DNA of 64,000 nt from Iphione sp. A-MEVVRFRX5. Its lineage: Eukaryota. Shown here one piece after another: positions 27,801-43,822 of the stretch. Location of the stretch: positions 40,238,001 through 40,302,000 of the forward strand of contig OZ320323.1 in NCBI GenBank assembly GCA_976226885.1. The letters are read 5' to 3'. The position numbers were made by a program, and so were the translations under genes. The notes beneath the pieces are model-generated. The model made no database searches. It was not told the DNA's origin and saw only the letters and a list, made by a program, of their open reading frames with translations. Each line of letters starts with the position of its first letter. Position 1 is the stretch's first letter.

Positions 27801-30203
27801 AATGAGTTTATATTCCAAGGCAGTTAGTTGGATTTGAGTCGATTCGTTTTACCTTAGAAATGGGTACGGTTTCAACTCCCTCTTCAACATGCACCCCCCC
27901 CCCCATTCCGCCCCCAAGCCATTCACCGCATGTCGCTCCTGTGTGGACCGAGTGAGTACAATTTCCACCGAAGCACGCCTCCCCTGAACGTTCCAGCTTT
28001 AAGTGCTCGCCTTCAAAATACCATGGAAACCAATGTTGGGGCCAATAGATGCAGAACACTGTTTGGGGGCCAATAGATTCAGAGCACTGCTTCTATTTAT
28101 AGACGGGCAAAAACAAAAAAAAACAAACACACAAAAAACCCAACCAGGGTACCACCTATAAACTGCTGCTTTTATTGGGCGCGTGACAGAAAGCGGCGAG
28201 CCTCTGGGGACTTATCTTTATCCCCATCATCACTAAAGCCATAGATGCAGCAGAGGACGCATGAAGAACACCCGCCTCTGGGAGACTGACGGCGGGCCTT
28301 GCTCTATTTGACAATGTGGATTTACCTTCTGCTGATAAGAGAAGTGTATTGAATTGTAGTGCTCCGTCGCTGCCATTAAAGGACGGACCGATTCCGTCCG
28401 CTGGAATGGGATTCTTCGAGTCTTGTCTTACCAGACGGAGTGGAGCAATGTTTGGGTGGGGGACGCAGATAGCAGGAGGCCAAGAGGAACCAATATTGGT
28501 TCGTTTGCCATGTGTACAGGCATTTATTTATGTTCTGACCCTGCTCTCGAATTGGAGCAGACGACAAACGGACAGAAGACGCACGTCTGCGGCATCAAAA
28601 CTTGTCAGTCGAAGTAGGAATTAACATGAAAACTGGAACTTGAATACAGTTTATAACGTACAGTTCCCATCTTAGAGCCTTGTGAAAAGAGCAATATTTT
28701 CTTAAAGTACGGAGTACCATCTAAAACAGACATACGAATTCCATGTATCACTTTGCCGATAACGTTGAAACGAAAACCCTGAATTCATGAGGTAAAGGGT
28801 TGTTCAGGTTAAATCATCATGGAGATATTCAGGAACTGGCAACTGACATATCAACACAGTATCAGTAGCGACGATTCTGACCGGAACTTGGAGGTCCGCG
28901 TCCCCTTCTGGCGGAGCCCGTCCTACAGGGGTCGCCACCGTGACGATAGAGTGGCCTTGACCTACGGGAACCCGTCACAGCGAGGTGGGCACTGGCTAGA
29001 GAGTAGGTGGGCGGCTGGATGTGTATGTGTGTGTGGGCGCGCGCGTGTGTGTTGTGAGTTGTGGGACAGTTGTTAGGAGCATCGAATACTGAACGAGTAT
29101 AACTGAATAATAGCTGGTTAATTATCCTGTACGGAGATTCGAAAATGAATCCACAGAATACATGCAGACAGTCTTAGTCAAGCACACTAATGTATTCTTA
29201 CGTATGTGTGTGCATTGTGTGTGTGTGATGAGAACAAGTCAATTTATGCATGCATTGTATACATGCGCATATTCAACCCGTGTACATGTATAAATTATCG
29301 ACCACGTTACAGGTATTTCTCACAAGTGGTCTTACTTGAGTGCGAGGTCGGATCTCATCAGTGGACGTGCGGATTGAGCCGTAGACAGTTGTAGAATAGA
29401 GCTGTCCAATATAGTGTTTCTGGAGGAGATGAGTTTGAGATTCAGACGCGCAATGGCTGTATAAGACTAAGTGATAGTATAGAGCGTGTGAGTTTTCTGA
29501 GGCCACCCGTGATAAAAAAAAAGACAAGAGTTGGTGAAAATCATTGCATTTTTTCGGGGGTACCAGCCCTACACGAATTGAAAGGTACAGTTAAACATTG
29601 GTGTACTTTTCCCGCATGAATTTAGAGTTGGTCCCGCAAATCCTGAATGATTTTCACCAATTCTGTTCATACTGAAACATTCCCACAACCGGACTGCTAA
29701 TTAGCCAGCAGTATGATTGTAGCAAGAGAAGGTACAAACACTTAAATGTGCAGCTGATGTAATAATCACTTTTTTTTGTTTGATAAAAATTCAATATCGA
29801 TTGCCAGTAATAACAAATAACCTTGAAATTTGTCAAGTTGTGCCTTTGCCAATTTCAAAGAGTGCTTACAGAGAGGCTTTAAAGTCAACCTTTCCGTCCA
29901 TGTCTTCCCGGAGCCTTATAACCGCTAGCCGAGTTCCGTATTTGTTGACCTTAAAGCCTTGAGTGGCACGCTCTGGTCTTTTCAAGGCTTTAGTCGGCGC
30001 GTGAAGCCACTTTATAAGAAACAGACTCACACCATCGTCGCCACCGCCTTCAAGAACGGCTCCCGCAGTGTTTTCACCCGCGTGGCGGCGCCCAGCATTA
30101 AAATGGTAAGAGATTATCTTGGGGTCAGCGCATGCATAGGTCAGGTGTGCGTGTGTTTATATGCGTGTGTGTACACGTGCGGGTGTGTGTGTGTATGCGT
30201 GGC

Positions 30204-30253
<50 letters not shown>

Positions 30254-33200
30254 GAGCTAGGATAATTGATGTAAGCAGAATCTGGTTTATTATATTTGTG
30301 TGCTGGTGTGTGTGAGTGTGTGTATATGTACACTGCGTGTATATGCATGTATGGTCGTTATACATGTGCTTCTATGTACATTTTTATAATAAAAGATCTA
30401 TTATATATTACTGTAAGGGCTGATTTGGCCATCGTTAAGATTGAATCACAGAAATACAAATGTAAATCTAGTATGTCAGCGTTAGCGATTACTGGTACTT
30501 CGAGTTGAAGGATGTATTTTGAAATTCGACTAATCTGTTGCTAAGTTATGTTTACTTTTAACTTAAACATTATGGCCATCAGTAAGTGACACCCAGTTAG
30601 TTCAGTCAAAAATGTGTTCTCTGCGGGCTTTCCATGGGTTCAGTCTAATTTCAAATAAACAAGGACAGAATTTTGAATGACTTACAGCACAGTTTGGGCA
30701 TGCACAGAATGTAAACCGGCCAAAAGTTGCTGGGTGGATCTAACATTGAAATGCTAAAAAACTTTTCATGATGAACCGCGACCATTAGTCCTTTTACTCA
30801 CCAACAGAAACCATCCAAGCAAATTTTGTCCGCCTTGTTTTCAGTATATGGAATCAGAAGATCAGGGTAGCGCGCTGGCACGGTGATTCTTTCCCATCAT
30901 CTTATCAAGGTAGCATGCCCTGTGCCAGATACGTGTTCAGTTCGCTTGCGTCTATATAGCTTTGCTGTCCTCCCCACACACGCGCCGTGTATTCTGTAGT
31001 TTGTCAAGTCTATTGTCTGTTCACTTCGCCGCAGTTGCTGGAGATGTGCACGGACAGGCTGGGCCTGCCTCACGCCGCGCGCCGCGTCTTCCTTGACGAC
31101 GGCACGGAGGTGTTCCACCCCGCCGAGATCCCGCGAGACTCGGACATCTACATCTCCATGGGCGAGAACTACAAGAACGCCTTCAAGGGCGTCAAACGTG
31201 AGTCCTCATGCAACGTCGGGGGTTTCTTTATCCTTGGACGACAGGAAGGAAAGGAATACATGTATATGACATGCTAGCATACGAGCTCATGTTTTTAAAC
31301 TGGGATGGGATAAAAAAATTAAACTGGGAATGGGACATATTGATCATCAAGTTCTTACCTGAGAACTGGGGCCATATGTGGGACTGGGACATATTGCCCA
31401 TCAGGTTCTTACCTCAGAGCAGCACGTTGTGGCATTTATATGAAATACAGACCTCATGTATACAGCGTGTGGTGCAGTAGAATCTCAGGAATTAAGGTCA
31501 CCCTTGATTCTATGTACAGTACATTTAATCCTAGTAGGAAGTTGACCTCTTTCCGGAGAGCTAAATTTTCCTAAAACTATTCTTGAATTGTTTTTTAAAG
31601 TTAGCTGTGATCTCAGGTGATCACAGGGTGCCACATTTCTGCATTGGAGAATACTACATTTATTTTTTATTTAATTCACCAGAACAAACACAGCAGCAGC
31701 GCACACTGGCCTGGACGGTGAACGGGCTGGCCTGGTCTGCTGAGGCCCAACGGAAGCCAGCCAAGAGCTACCTCTCCAAGCGCTTCAAGTGAGTCCCTAA
31801 GTGTAAATCTTTCATCAGTGAATGACACAGATTGACCTCTGCCCCCCCAGCTGCTTAAGCAACTCCGAGGAACTCACCGGTTCCACAGACGACCTGAGAA
31901 AAAGTCAAAATACATAGGATGAAAATATGACAGTAACAATACACCCAAGAGCCTTGGTATGTCACTAATCTCTGCCCACACTTCGGCAGGTAAACTTGGG
32001 CCCTACTATTGGGTATAACTCATTCCTAACTGCACCTAAAGCTTCACGTGTAAGCATTACTGGAAGCTAGAGGTTCCATGTATGCCTTTCGTTTAAATAG
32101 ATATTATCCTCTGGATATGTTTCCAATCAATATGATCAACGCACACCAGCTCACTCCATATTCTTAAGCTAGCTCCTGTTATCCTCAGCCAACATTGGGA
32201 TATCCTCTTTCCAAATTGATGTCACCCCCAGCCAACTTAAGGTTATCCCCAGCCGACTTAAGGTTATCCCCAGCTAACATAGGGTCAAGCCTCACTGGCG
32301 TCATCTAAGTCAACTTAGGATCATTTCCAGCCAGTTTACGACCATTTTGTACTAACTAAGGGTTGTCCCCAGTCAGTTCGGGGCCATTCCTGACCATCTT
32401 CTGTCTCTCACAGCCCCTCTGAGGTTCTCTAGCTCCTTACAGTTACCACAGGCCCCACATCCAATGGCCACTCCCCCTGACGAACCTTTCTTCCCCACGG
32501 CCCCTTTTGGATGGTGAGAGTTGAGATGGTGTGAGTTGTCACAGTTAGGGTTAATACAAGTTGTAGTATGAGTTTGTGGGATCTGGGATATCATGATCTG
32601 GAGATAGTGTGAGTTGGTGCAAGTTGACATGGTGCGTGTTGGTGTGGTTTGGGGTCGTGTCACTTGGAGATACGTGTAGTGTGATTTGGTTTGTACGATG
32701 GGGTGGCTAAAGTTGGAGGTAGTGTAAGTTGTTTTGTACCTTGGAATGTTTTTTTTTCGTTCATTTATTCATTTGCGCTTTGTACATTGAAGTCACGGGG
32801 CTTTGCTGTCGGCGATGCTTAATTCTTAGGTTCCCGAGCCTTCTGTTCTGGGGTGTGTACTTCGGAGGAGGTGGCTCTTCACTCTTCATCTTGGAGAGGA
32901 GCTGGACAGGCTGAGCAATGATCGAGACACCCTCTGTAGAGGAGGTGGTAATACTAAAATAACTTTCCTCTGGGTCTCCCCCCCCCACCTCGTGCTAGGG
33001 TCTGGGGATGAAGTTTACCCACTGTTGAATGACTGCAACAATCGAAGAGGTCAGGATGTCCGTAATGGTGATTGAGAGGTCCAGTGAGCAAAGTTGGTTA
33101 TAAATATTTTGGGATGATGATAAATGTTCCAGTTTTCTGAGAATCTCCCGCCTCTTATTATTAATATATAGGCAGCTGCTGGAGCCGTCCAAGCGGCGGG

Positions 33201-36200
33201 TGCTCATATTTAAGAACAGCCAGGGCACGGAGGGCGTGGAGATCGTCGCCGATCCGGACAGGTTCGAAGACGTAAGTACATCCCGGGGAAAAATCTTGTC
33301 AGATAAGCGCACCATTACAGACTTGGATATTATATGACTTGCAAAAAGTTTACGTGTAGATAGGAATAACTACAAATACATTTGCTAAGTGCTTGTAAAT
33401 GTTAATCTAGCTCACGCCGTGAAGAAAAGTCTCATTTTTTTACACGCGATAAGCTCGAATTGTTCATGTCTTGGTCCTCATTCAGGAGCCACATACTTTC
33501 CATAGTTTAGGTTTTCTAATCGCATTTCTTGTATTTTGCCTTTCAGTTCCTCGTGGCGTGCACTCAACGACTAGAGCTGCGTTCGTATGCCCGGGTTCTC
33601 TATGACTGGGAAGGGCGCGAGATCAATGACCTAAAAACTGGTGAGAGTGATTGTTGTGGAATTATTCTGTGACATTGTGTTGTAAAAAAAAATATATATA
33701 ATGTATTTTCGGTAGGCCTCTGGCGAATTTCTGACTTTAGTACCAGGACAGGACACAAGTCTTGGCGTAGGGCAGAAGTTGCAGTAAAAGCAATGCAATG
33801 TACCCTTCGGACTCCATTGACTGTATGCGGTGTGACCAAATGTCGTCTGCTTCTGCTTGTATTTGGCACCCATTTTTGTTCTTCCTGCTTTTTATAGCGC
33901 CGGTGTTGGACTCGTGCCTGCAGACTTGGACCACCCCTGTCCTCGGGCCCCTCTGGGTGTCCACAGGCGAGGGCTTCAGTCCCAAAGGCGTGAACGACTT
34001 TCTGGTGGGACTCATCAAATACACACGCTCGAAGGAGACCGAAGCAAAGCATTATGAGTCCGAGGTGAGGCCATGTTCTGAGTGTCCTGACTCCACCAGA
34101 TTAATATATATATGAGATTAACTTCGTTACCTTCATGCTTTTGAAGATAGATGAAACAGAACATTCCTCATGTCCATTAAATATGATTTCTATGGGTCTC
34201 TTTACTCAGATAGGCTATCCTTTGCTGTAATGATTTTGTTTCTTTTTCTCCAGCTCCGTCTGGCCAAAGCAGAGCACACCAGGGAACAAGTGAAAATCGT
34301 CGCCATCCTGTCCATGTCAGAAGGGGAAATAGAAGAGACATTAAAAATAGTAATTATTTTGGTGTTTTTTTTAAATAATAAGGTGATCAGATTTTCACTC
34401 AGTTTTAGCAAAAATATAGCCCAAGGAGATTGAAGATTATCATCTTAAGTCGTGTAAAAAAAAGTTAAAATTGAAACGTTTTGATCTTACCCATGCGCAA
34501 GTCTTCCTGTTTTTTAATTGTTTTTCTTACAGCATAATACAATTTTCATTCGAAAATTCTTTCTACTGCTTTACGACTTCGACAGGGGTTGCCTGTCTGT
34601 AAATGTGAACCCCCCCCCCACTCCTGTGTGTAAATCTCCAGTTGTGGCTTGGCTTGTGTTTGTAGGTTCAGAAAGATATCGAAGACTTCAACCGGGCACT
34701 AAAACGACTCAAGCAGCAAATGAATAAGCTGAAAGAAATGGTTGCGGACGAAGAGGTAGGAGCCGCTAATGAACTAAACACACAGACACTACCATCTTAA
34801 GTGCGACAACCTTTTTGAAAGTGTTTATTTTAATGGTTTTCGAAAAAAAATGTATTACACTTTCATACCAGTAAGTTGCATTAGAATATAACTAACATGA
34901 GAGTATAACAGACCTCATCAATGAGATTGATCTCCGCCTTTTCTCTACCCAATCACAGGAGTTGGGGGTGGGCTACAAGTTGCAGTATATGGGCGAATAC
35001 GACATGGATCACCGCCTGGTGGGAGCCAAAGGAATCAGGCTCAAGGTCAGTTCAAGGGCTTTTTACATTTTTTTTATGACGTACCAGTTACACATTGTTT
35101 TCTGTTTTTGTTGAGTGCTAGTCTAGCCACTTCATTCATTGAAGCAGAGAATACAAGCCTCAGTTTAAACGTAAACTTCAGGAAGATTACCGGACCTTTA
35201 GTTGAATTTCTTTCATTTCCTGAAAATCCACTGCCAAAGAAGTGCATTTTGAAGAACGATACACACAGAAGTGATGGTTGATATAGGGGTGAGAAGATTC
35301 TTGTTGGTCATTTTAGCCAAACAGGCTCTGTTCCCATTGATTTCTTCCTGTAAAATGAACAATCCTCATAAGGCAAAGATAATTGAACCAAAAAACGAAA
35401 ATTCCCCCCCCCCCCCGATAAGTCCTCTTGGCTAATGAATGATACAAACAGAATCGATGGTTAATATGGGAATAAGAAGATTCGTGCAGATCATTTTAGC
35501 CAACAGGCTCTGTTCCTATTAATTTCATCCTATAAAATGAACAAGCTGCATAAGGCAAAGATAATTTGGCCAGAAAATGAAGATTAATTTGTTCCCAGAT
35601 GAATCCCTTCTGCTAATGAGCTTATCCCGGTAATGAGTCTGCGGTAAACAGAAGTGTGGCTATCTAAAGGAACAGGCTATTAACACTACATTACTGTCAG
35701 ATGGTACTCATCATACTTTAATATTACCATTTTCTTCTCATGTTTAGGTGTATGAGAACGGTTCCTACGAGGATGAGACCACCCTCTACTTCAACCTCGC
35801 CCAGGCTGCTAAGGGGCTTGGGAAGGACCAATCGAAGTTGCTCGCCAGGGTAAGTCCATTCATATTGAGCAGCTCGTAGAGTAGTTCGCCTTTAGCACCA
35901 CCAGTTGGCCCATGGCATTATTTCTAACCCTGTCAGAGTTTTAATGATGCTTTGTGGAATGCCAGCTGTTTTTTTTTTAATCCTTATAGCTTTCTTCCCA
36001 GCAGTATATCTTGCATGATTTAGTCGACCCGTCCGGCCATATTTGAGCGACTTTTCAATGACAATGTTACTATTTACACTCTCTTTTCGACTATGTCACA
36101 AAATATCGTTATTTCCATTGGTTGAGTGTCTATTATGACGTCACAAATGGCGAAATATCTTTAGTTGTAGCGGGGTGGCTGACACTCAGGTGATCCATCA

Positions 36201-39200
36201 AATTGACGGATCGGCAGAGTGCCTGCCGCCCTGTAAGATAGCGAAGTGCCATTCATTGGACTTTATTACGGAATGAATCTATAGTTGTTGTCTCTTTATA
36301 CGCCGTGTACTGATGCTTCCTCCTTTTCTGAAAATGTTATCAACTGTGAAGTCTTTTTTCTCACCCACAAGATGGATATCTAGCTACGGGTCTCGATAGT
36401 AGTTCAAAACCTGAGGTGTTTCTATACATATATGGGTTACCTGGAGTAGTTCTGCGCGGTGACTAGCAGGCATAATTTTGTAACGCATCATGAAGGAGAA
36501 TACACCCTTGAGCCCTGTGTTCCCTCCCCCCACAGCTGCTGGATGAGTGTAGCTCCCACCACGTCCTCGCTCAGCCCAAGGCCAATACGACCATGAAGCC
36601 TGTGGCTCAGAAGATCTTCGACAAGCTTGGCAACGAAATCACCAACGTATATGACCTGGAGTACGACCAGGAGGTGTGGCTCTCCTTCGGCGAGCCTTGG
36701 AAGAACCCCTTCAGTACGTATACTCAAACAGTCGGTGGCCATAATGACATAGGAGAATGTAATGTTTCAGCCGAGTCTTACTTGATGGTAGCCTAACTAA
36801 ACGTTGGATGTGATTAGACCATTTGGTTCTTGGACGAGTAACTTTTATTTTCCTACTATTCATTTTTCACACTTGTATTTAACAGTGAAACGTTTTTCCT
36901 CCTTAAAGTATAGAGTCACTTTCCACACGACAGCCCAAAACGTAAATCTTGAAAGATATGTAAACATACCATGAAGCGTTCCCCACCAGACATTCCCCTT
37001 CCAAGTAGTACTAGAAAATGGCGATTTTTGCCGGGCGAAGATGTCAACATGCTGAGAAACGAACCGCGAGACAATCGCTCCATTTGAAGCATTGGGGGGG
37101 GGGGGGGGGGGAAACCCGTTTCCAGAGGACAGGGATTAATCCTTGAAGTTTTGTCATGGAAAAAGGACGCGGCATGGAAATCCTGAGCACGAGCAGGGCA
37201 CCCTCCTCCTCCATGCGCTTGTCCCCGTGAGTGATGACTTGGCTGCGGCTTCTGTACTTCATCCTCTCGTGTATCATTCTTTCCAGCCTTTGTGCTGTCG
37301 GCGCAGTTTGATAAGATCCGAGCCATCGACATCCAGGGTCAGAAACAGGCGACCATCCGCGAGCAGCTCATGTCCGAGGACTACGATGGCAACGAAAAGT
37401 AGGTCACCGGCGACCAATCGCGTCGCGGTTAATTAGGTCACCGCGACCCAGTTTAAATAGAGTAGGTCAGCCGGCCTGGCGGGCTAGCAGCCTCGTCGCT
37501 TGCAATGTGGGCCTCAGGGTGAAAAGTGCACTCAGCGAGAGTGACTCACGATCGAGCAATAAGAGCAATTCTTTGCCATTGGTAAAATTAGAGGGTTAGC
37601 TCATTGCAGATTGCACTTGTCTGGTAGAACGTTAGAAACTTCGAGGGCTGGGTTTACATCAATTTGCAGGGCCATTTCCAAGTACACGCACATATAATTC
37701 CCTGACGTATTTTTTTCGTAATTTGATTTGTTAAGTTATTATCTCGTTCTGAACCCTTTAAAACTAGAACTCATTATAATTCAACTGCATGTCAAATATA
37801 CATATATGTACATAAGATCTTGCCTATCTCGGTATCAGAACATGAACATGTGTTATATACTTGCATTTGATACATTTTGAATTTCATATCCCATAGTACC
37901 CGGTTTGTTACTTTCAATGCATGCATAGTCTCTACCACAAGCTCTCCACTTCAGTAAATAGAAATTTAAAAAAAAAAGAAATTTGTTGGCTACAGGCCCA
38001 ACTGCTGGGAAGCCGTGCACGGTGTTCCCGAGGCGTACAGCTGGATGACCGTCGGAGTCGACAGCGATCTCGGGGAGAAGGAGCACATCATGGGACTCCT
38101 AGAGTCAGGAGAGATCAGTGTGCAGAGCGACTTCCTTCGGGCCAAGGTAGGAAATGGCCTCGCGCAGACCCCCAACCCACCCACCGACTCACCCTCCCAC
38201 CCAGTGACCCACCTACCCACCCACCAAGTCACAGTAATGGTCGCAGCAGCAAATGAGATGTGCTTGTGTCTTTTGTTCCATATATCATAGAATAGCTCAA
38301 GAGGAAGTGGAGGGGCGATTACATATTCACTCTCTACTTTTATTCTATATTATTTTCACCTTTTTTTCGCCCTTTTCAATCTTGTTGTCTTCCTTTCAAA
38401 GTGTATTGCGAAAGAATTCCTGCTCCACTGGACTTTGTCATAGTTTCTGATCAGTGGAATAACGAAGAATACACCGCAGTTGGTTGTCAGTAACACTGCA
38501 ATCAGTAGTCCGAGTGAAATTTAACCAAATCGTAACTCTTGTCTTAGAAATACCGAGGAATCGGGTCATCCTAATGGTTTTATATATTTGATCCTGTCTA
38601 ACCAAGGACAATCCCGACCTCCTGCTGTATGTTGAACCGACGGTGAGCAACAAGGCCAAGAAGGGCTCCAAGAATCTCTGGCCGCCAGACTGTCAGCAGT
38701 GGGTCATCGCCAGAGTAAGTACAGATGAAATAATAACATTAGTCTCAGTGTGCTAAGGTTTCATTACAACAAATGTTGGGGCCAGTGTTACTTGAAATTT
38801 CAACAGAAGTTTACTAAATTGATGGCGGTAGTAAAATATTTTTATCAGATAAATCCGATGATTGTGGCCCAACTCTAAGAGGAGTGGGGGACCTGACGAA
38901 TGCTACTGTCTGCTCGTCCAGCCCTACATCATGATCTTGTGGGTCTCCTTTTAAACCATTGCATCGAATGCTCTTATTCTTAAATATGGTATTTCTCTAT
39001 ATTGGCTCTTGGCACTCCCTGACTTTTATATCATTCTAAGTGATTGAAAGGTCAAAAATATGTTTTAATATGTGGTTGTACACACAGACTAAGAATACAC
39101 TCAAGGTTAGTTTGTAAATATCAAGGCATGAAGCTATGTCATAGTCTGTGTGCCCAGGCAGAGCCAGTTAGTTCCACTTGATTGAATGGCTGGTGGGAGA

Positions 39201-42200
39201 CAATACACCGCATAGGTCCCCTTCCTTGTTATCCTTTAGTATAATACTGTTTCGAGGAAGCTTCCCGCTTCATGTGATATCACCCTGTGTCCCTTTAAGT
39301 AACAAACACGGACGTGTTAGTTTACAACGTATTCCAAGCCTGTCCACTGAAACGATTTCACTTTGAATCTGTCATGGTATACATCTGTATCCCAAAGGTT
39401 TGGAAACGAAAGCCTTTACAGTTCTGGGGGGCCATTTAAAAAAAATGCCTTAAGGGGAAGGGGAGGATGAGTTGTTACGAATATGTCAAAGTACATGTAG
39501 TACATATATTCCCATACGTCCAGAACTGATGCCTCTGTCGTTATTGTCTTTGAAGTCCGTTTAACTCCCCTCTCTTCTTTTCTTCAAAGGACAACGACCA
39601 CTCCATGACCATCGCCTGTAAGTTCCACCCGTGGCTGGTGCTGGGCGTGTCCTCCTACCCGTTCGCCGGTACGCTGGGCCACCCGCTCTTCGGGCCGACG
39701 GAGACCCGCGCCGAGGGTTACCTGGTGACGGCGCAGCTCAAGACCGGAGACCGCTCGCAGATGTGGCGCTTCACCGAGGACGGCACCATTCGAAACGAGG
39801 TACCTATACTCATCACATACGCTCCTGTTTTAATTGTTTTTGGCATAAAGACCGCAACTTGTATTTATAAAAAAAAAGACTTCTTGGTTTTGTTATGCAC
39901 TTTGATAACAATAATGTGCAGGCGTTCGACCCACTCGGGTCTTCGTCGGGCAGTGATGTTTTAAGGTTTTTAAGTTCAACATCCTCCGTCTAATTATCAT
40001 CTATCAGGTTTCCCAGCCCCCGGTGGCCAAAGTTAGACTAAGAAGTTGAAAACCGCACTCTTTACGTCATATTCTCTACAGAAATACCGGTATATGTCGC
40101 GGTATTGAGTCTGTGCATCCACTGCATCCCCCCCCCCCTTTACCCCGCTCCCAACAGTGAAATGCTAAGCTTTATGTACGATCGTTCATCGAGTTTGTCA
40201 ACCTTTCTCACCTATCCTAGCAATATCCTGTGTTCTATTAGGAAATGGTAAAAGTATACGTTGTCTACGGTACTACCACTGGTGGGATGGGTCAGTCAGT
40301 AACACCTGGCTATCAATCTCATCCTCCTTTCCTCTGCCCATTATTTTTTATTAAATTTCTTTTCAACAGAAGGTCCGGCGTCAGCCTGGTTGACTGGTTT
40401 TCCGCCAGGGTACAATATATACATTGTCCGCTCAGATTGTGACAACCTCTCTAAGCAGGCCACCTCCCCAATAAGACCATTTTTAAGGAACAGAATTATA
40501 TGTAACCCTCCCTAATAAGACCAGTCCCTATTCAGACCATTCGAAGTTGGAATCAGTGGTGGTCTTATTAGTTAGGAGACACTGTATACCAAGCTGCAGT
40601 GAAGGATGTATCAATTGCTACTATTCGAGGTCACATTTAATGTATTTAAAGGCAACACGTAGAATTTGAACAGCAAATAAGTTAACACACATCAAAGGAA
40701 CTTGAAACAGGTATGGATGTTTTTCTAGTATAATAATGGTGTTTATCTGTTCATAGATGCACCAGGATCTGCTCCTCACCTACCTTGGATCTCGCTTCGG
40801 CGACGAGGACACTCACGTGATGAACGAAAACGAGGGTGTGCCCAAGGGCATGCGCAACTATATCGCCGCCTGTAAGCCAGTTGAGGGCAAGGACGCGAAG
40901 ACCCAGCGGTGAGTAGCTCCATCTGACGGTATGAGGGGGAGGAGGGGGTGGGGTTGAGGTCTCACCGTAGTCCAAAGTATGTGTGTGATGATATGTAATG
41001 CATCACAGCCGGGAGCTGTGTAGTGCATTCCAACATACAGGCATATGAACACACACAGACACACACACACGCACACGCACACACATACACGCTTACACAT
41101 CCACATGAAGGTACCACACATTGACTACAGACTATGGATGTACGGACGTTGATCAGTCATGGTTGCTCAGAGTGGCTCAGACAGATATACAAGTAGATAC
41201 ATATACACAATACACGTATATTTCAATGAATCATGGATCTTAGAGTATTTTTTCTCTCTCATTTCAGTCATTTCGATGAAATTATTGTACAATAGACTCT
41301 TTAAAAGTAATGTGACCACCCACCAGTAAATGCAATCCTGGGGAGATATATAATAGGTCCCACTGACATGTAATGTACACGTATGAGAAAAAGAACTCAG
41401 GTAGAAGGGCACCTCTGTATTAAGGGGAAAGGTGTGAGTTCCATTCAGTGGTCGCATTGGAGAGCTTTAACTGTAACCTAATCCGAGTTGACGAGTAGAT
41501 GGGTCTATTACATGCTTGCCGTTCTGATGCTTCACCGCAGGTGGGCCATCAAGCAGGAGAAGATGGAGAACCTGGGCCAGTGGAAGCACACCCAGGTGGA
41601 CAACCCCGAGTGGAACAAGCGGGCCCTCAGCTGGCCTGTCAACAAAGAGGGAAACGTCAACGAGGTACGTACGTTTGAGTTGGCAGGGATCGAGTTTTAG
41701 ATAAATGATGATTCATGTGACTAATAAAACGATGGTCAGTGGCCCCTCTGTAACCGACTACTACATTACCGACATACAACTGCTCAACCGACTGGCCTTT
41801 GAGAAACTGTGGTCGCAGCCTCGCCTATAATCTATTCCCTAAACCCACAGTTCTTCATAGAACCAACGACATCACCAGGAACAAGACGTGTTAGTTATGG
41901 AGGGACCACCATAGTCTACATTATACATAGTCGGCATTCCTTAATATCTATAAAAAGCCATGTATTATTTGCTGTAAAACATACTTTACCCAGGTAATCT
42001 GCTGTGAAGCGTCACTCGACGTTCTTATTATGCTTTACTGTAAATCCTTAATCGACTCCCCTGAGTTCTCTGTGAATCGTAATTTACCTCTTATTTCCTG
42101 TCTGAGTTTTCTGTGGATCATAATTTACCCCTTTATGTTTCTTGCCGAGTCTTTATTAGAGGGCCTCTGTCTCCCTCCACTGGTAGCCATGTGAGGCTCC

Positions 42201-43773
42201 CGCTATATGTATTTATTTGTATCCTCATCTGTATCCTTATTTACGTATTCAGTTGGTATCCACCTGACGAAGAGTACACTTGTCACTCGAAAGCTTGTGG
42301 TCTTTGGTATTTAACATCATTGTTGAACTGTTTTAGCAATAAAGCCAACCTGGACCATTATCTACGAGTTTCCAGCCTTTTTCATTTATTTTATTACGTA
42401 TCCAGTGTGTATTCGTATCCTCCTCATATGGTTCTCTCCTCTCCTGCCCCTGTCTAGAACTATGACTGGCCCATGGAAGGCTTCCTGATGCCCTACGCAC
42501 CGACTCTGAAAGTAGCCGAGAAGAAGGCGTCACAGAGACGCGTGCCCCTGCGTCTCATGGTCCTGAAGAATGGCGTCCGTGACGTCAGCAAAGCTATCGC
42601 CGTAGTGGGGCCAGACCTGGGCAATGTACGTTGTGCCATTTCTAGGTGTTTGCTTCAATATAATTGTAGTATGTAATATACAGAACATGACCGACACAGT
42701 TGTAGTATGAAATGTGCAGAACGTGGTTAGGCTTTCCTCTTTAAGGGCTACCGAGTAGTGTAGTATGAAAATGTGATCATATGAGAAGCTAAGTAAGAAT
42801 TCAGTTTTAGATAAGAAAAGATTAATACTAGTAATTGTAATTATGATACTAAAAAATATAATTATATGTAAATTATGGTCGATGAAAACAAGCACATGCA
42901 CACTAAATGATTTACGATGATTATTCTCATGTACAGTATTTTTTTTACGAAGCATTAGCTGTATTTTGAAATCGTTCACATTACTCTGATCAGATCGATA
43001 TGATTTTACTTCTTTTTAGATGAGGAAGGATGTGTCTTCCAACAAGGTAGACAAGAAGAACAAGAAGAACGCTGAGGATACTGTCACTGCTAACGGAATG
43101 ATTCACTGCGATGATGAGCTAACTGTTCTTAAATTGGAATTTATACTGGTACGTATTTGACCTTGTGTTCAGCAGGTATATTGTGGCTTTGCCATTTCCT
43201 CATTTGTGCAAAGCTAACACTATCAGTATCCGTACTTCAATGGATTCTTTTCACGAAGAATATGAAAACTGTATGTATGGAAATGTTATATTTCATCAAG
43301 CTTTCTGATATCTAATAAGATAACAACAATTTTTTCCACACCAACAGTTCCTGGAGCGTTGCACCCAGCTGCTTAGTCTGCCCTTCGCTGCCCGCCGGAT
43401 CTTCGACGAGACTGGCAAGGAACACTTCTCGCTCAATTTCTCGCGAGACCAGCTGGTGTATGTCAGTTGTGGTGAGCCCTGGTCTGATCCGAACCTGAGT
43501 AAGGCCGAGCAACAGAGGCGCTACCTGCTGGCCAACCTGGGCAGCGATGTGGCTCAGATTCGGCAGTTTATTGCCCTGAGGGACCCCAAAGGTAGGATGT
43601 TTATGATTGAGCAGGTTATACAGAGTACTGTCTTAAGGATCTGAGAATTGGCTCTGAAAAATTGTTGTCTAAATGGGCGGGCTATCAGTGCCAAACATAG
43701 ACTGTGTTATTGTTGAGATCATTGAGATTAGAAAAAGGGGAAGGGAGAGAGGAAGGTAGAGAGCGAGAGAGAC

Positions 43774-43822
<49 letters not shown>

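Noticed and set aside
27808-28059. Minus-strand peptide GGNCTHSVHTGATC resembling the end of an SRCR domain
   Set aside because: Only a short motif; no other SRCR cysteines or partner exons found.
25300-29100. Nested gene in the 7.7-kb intron 4
   Set aside because: Several GC-rich patches and short ORFs on both strands, but no phase-consistent exon chain or recognisable domain.
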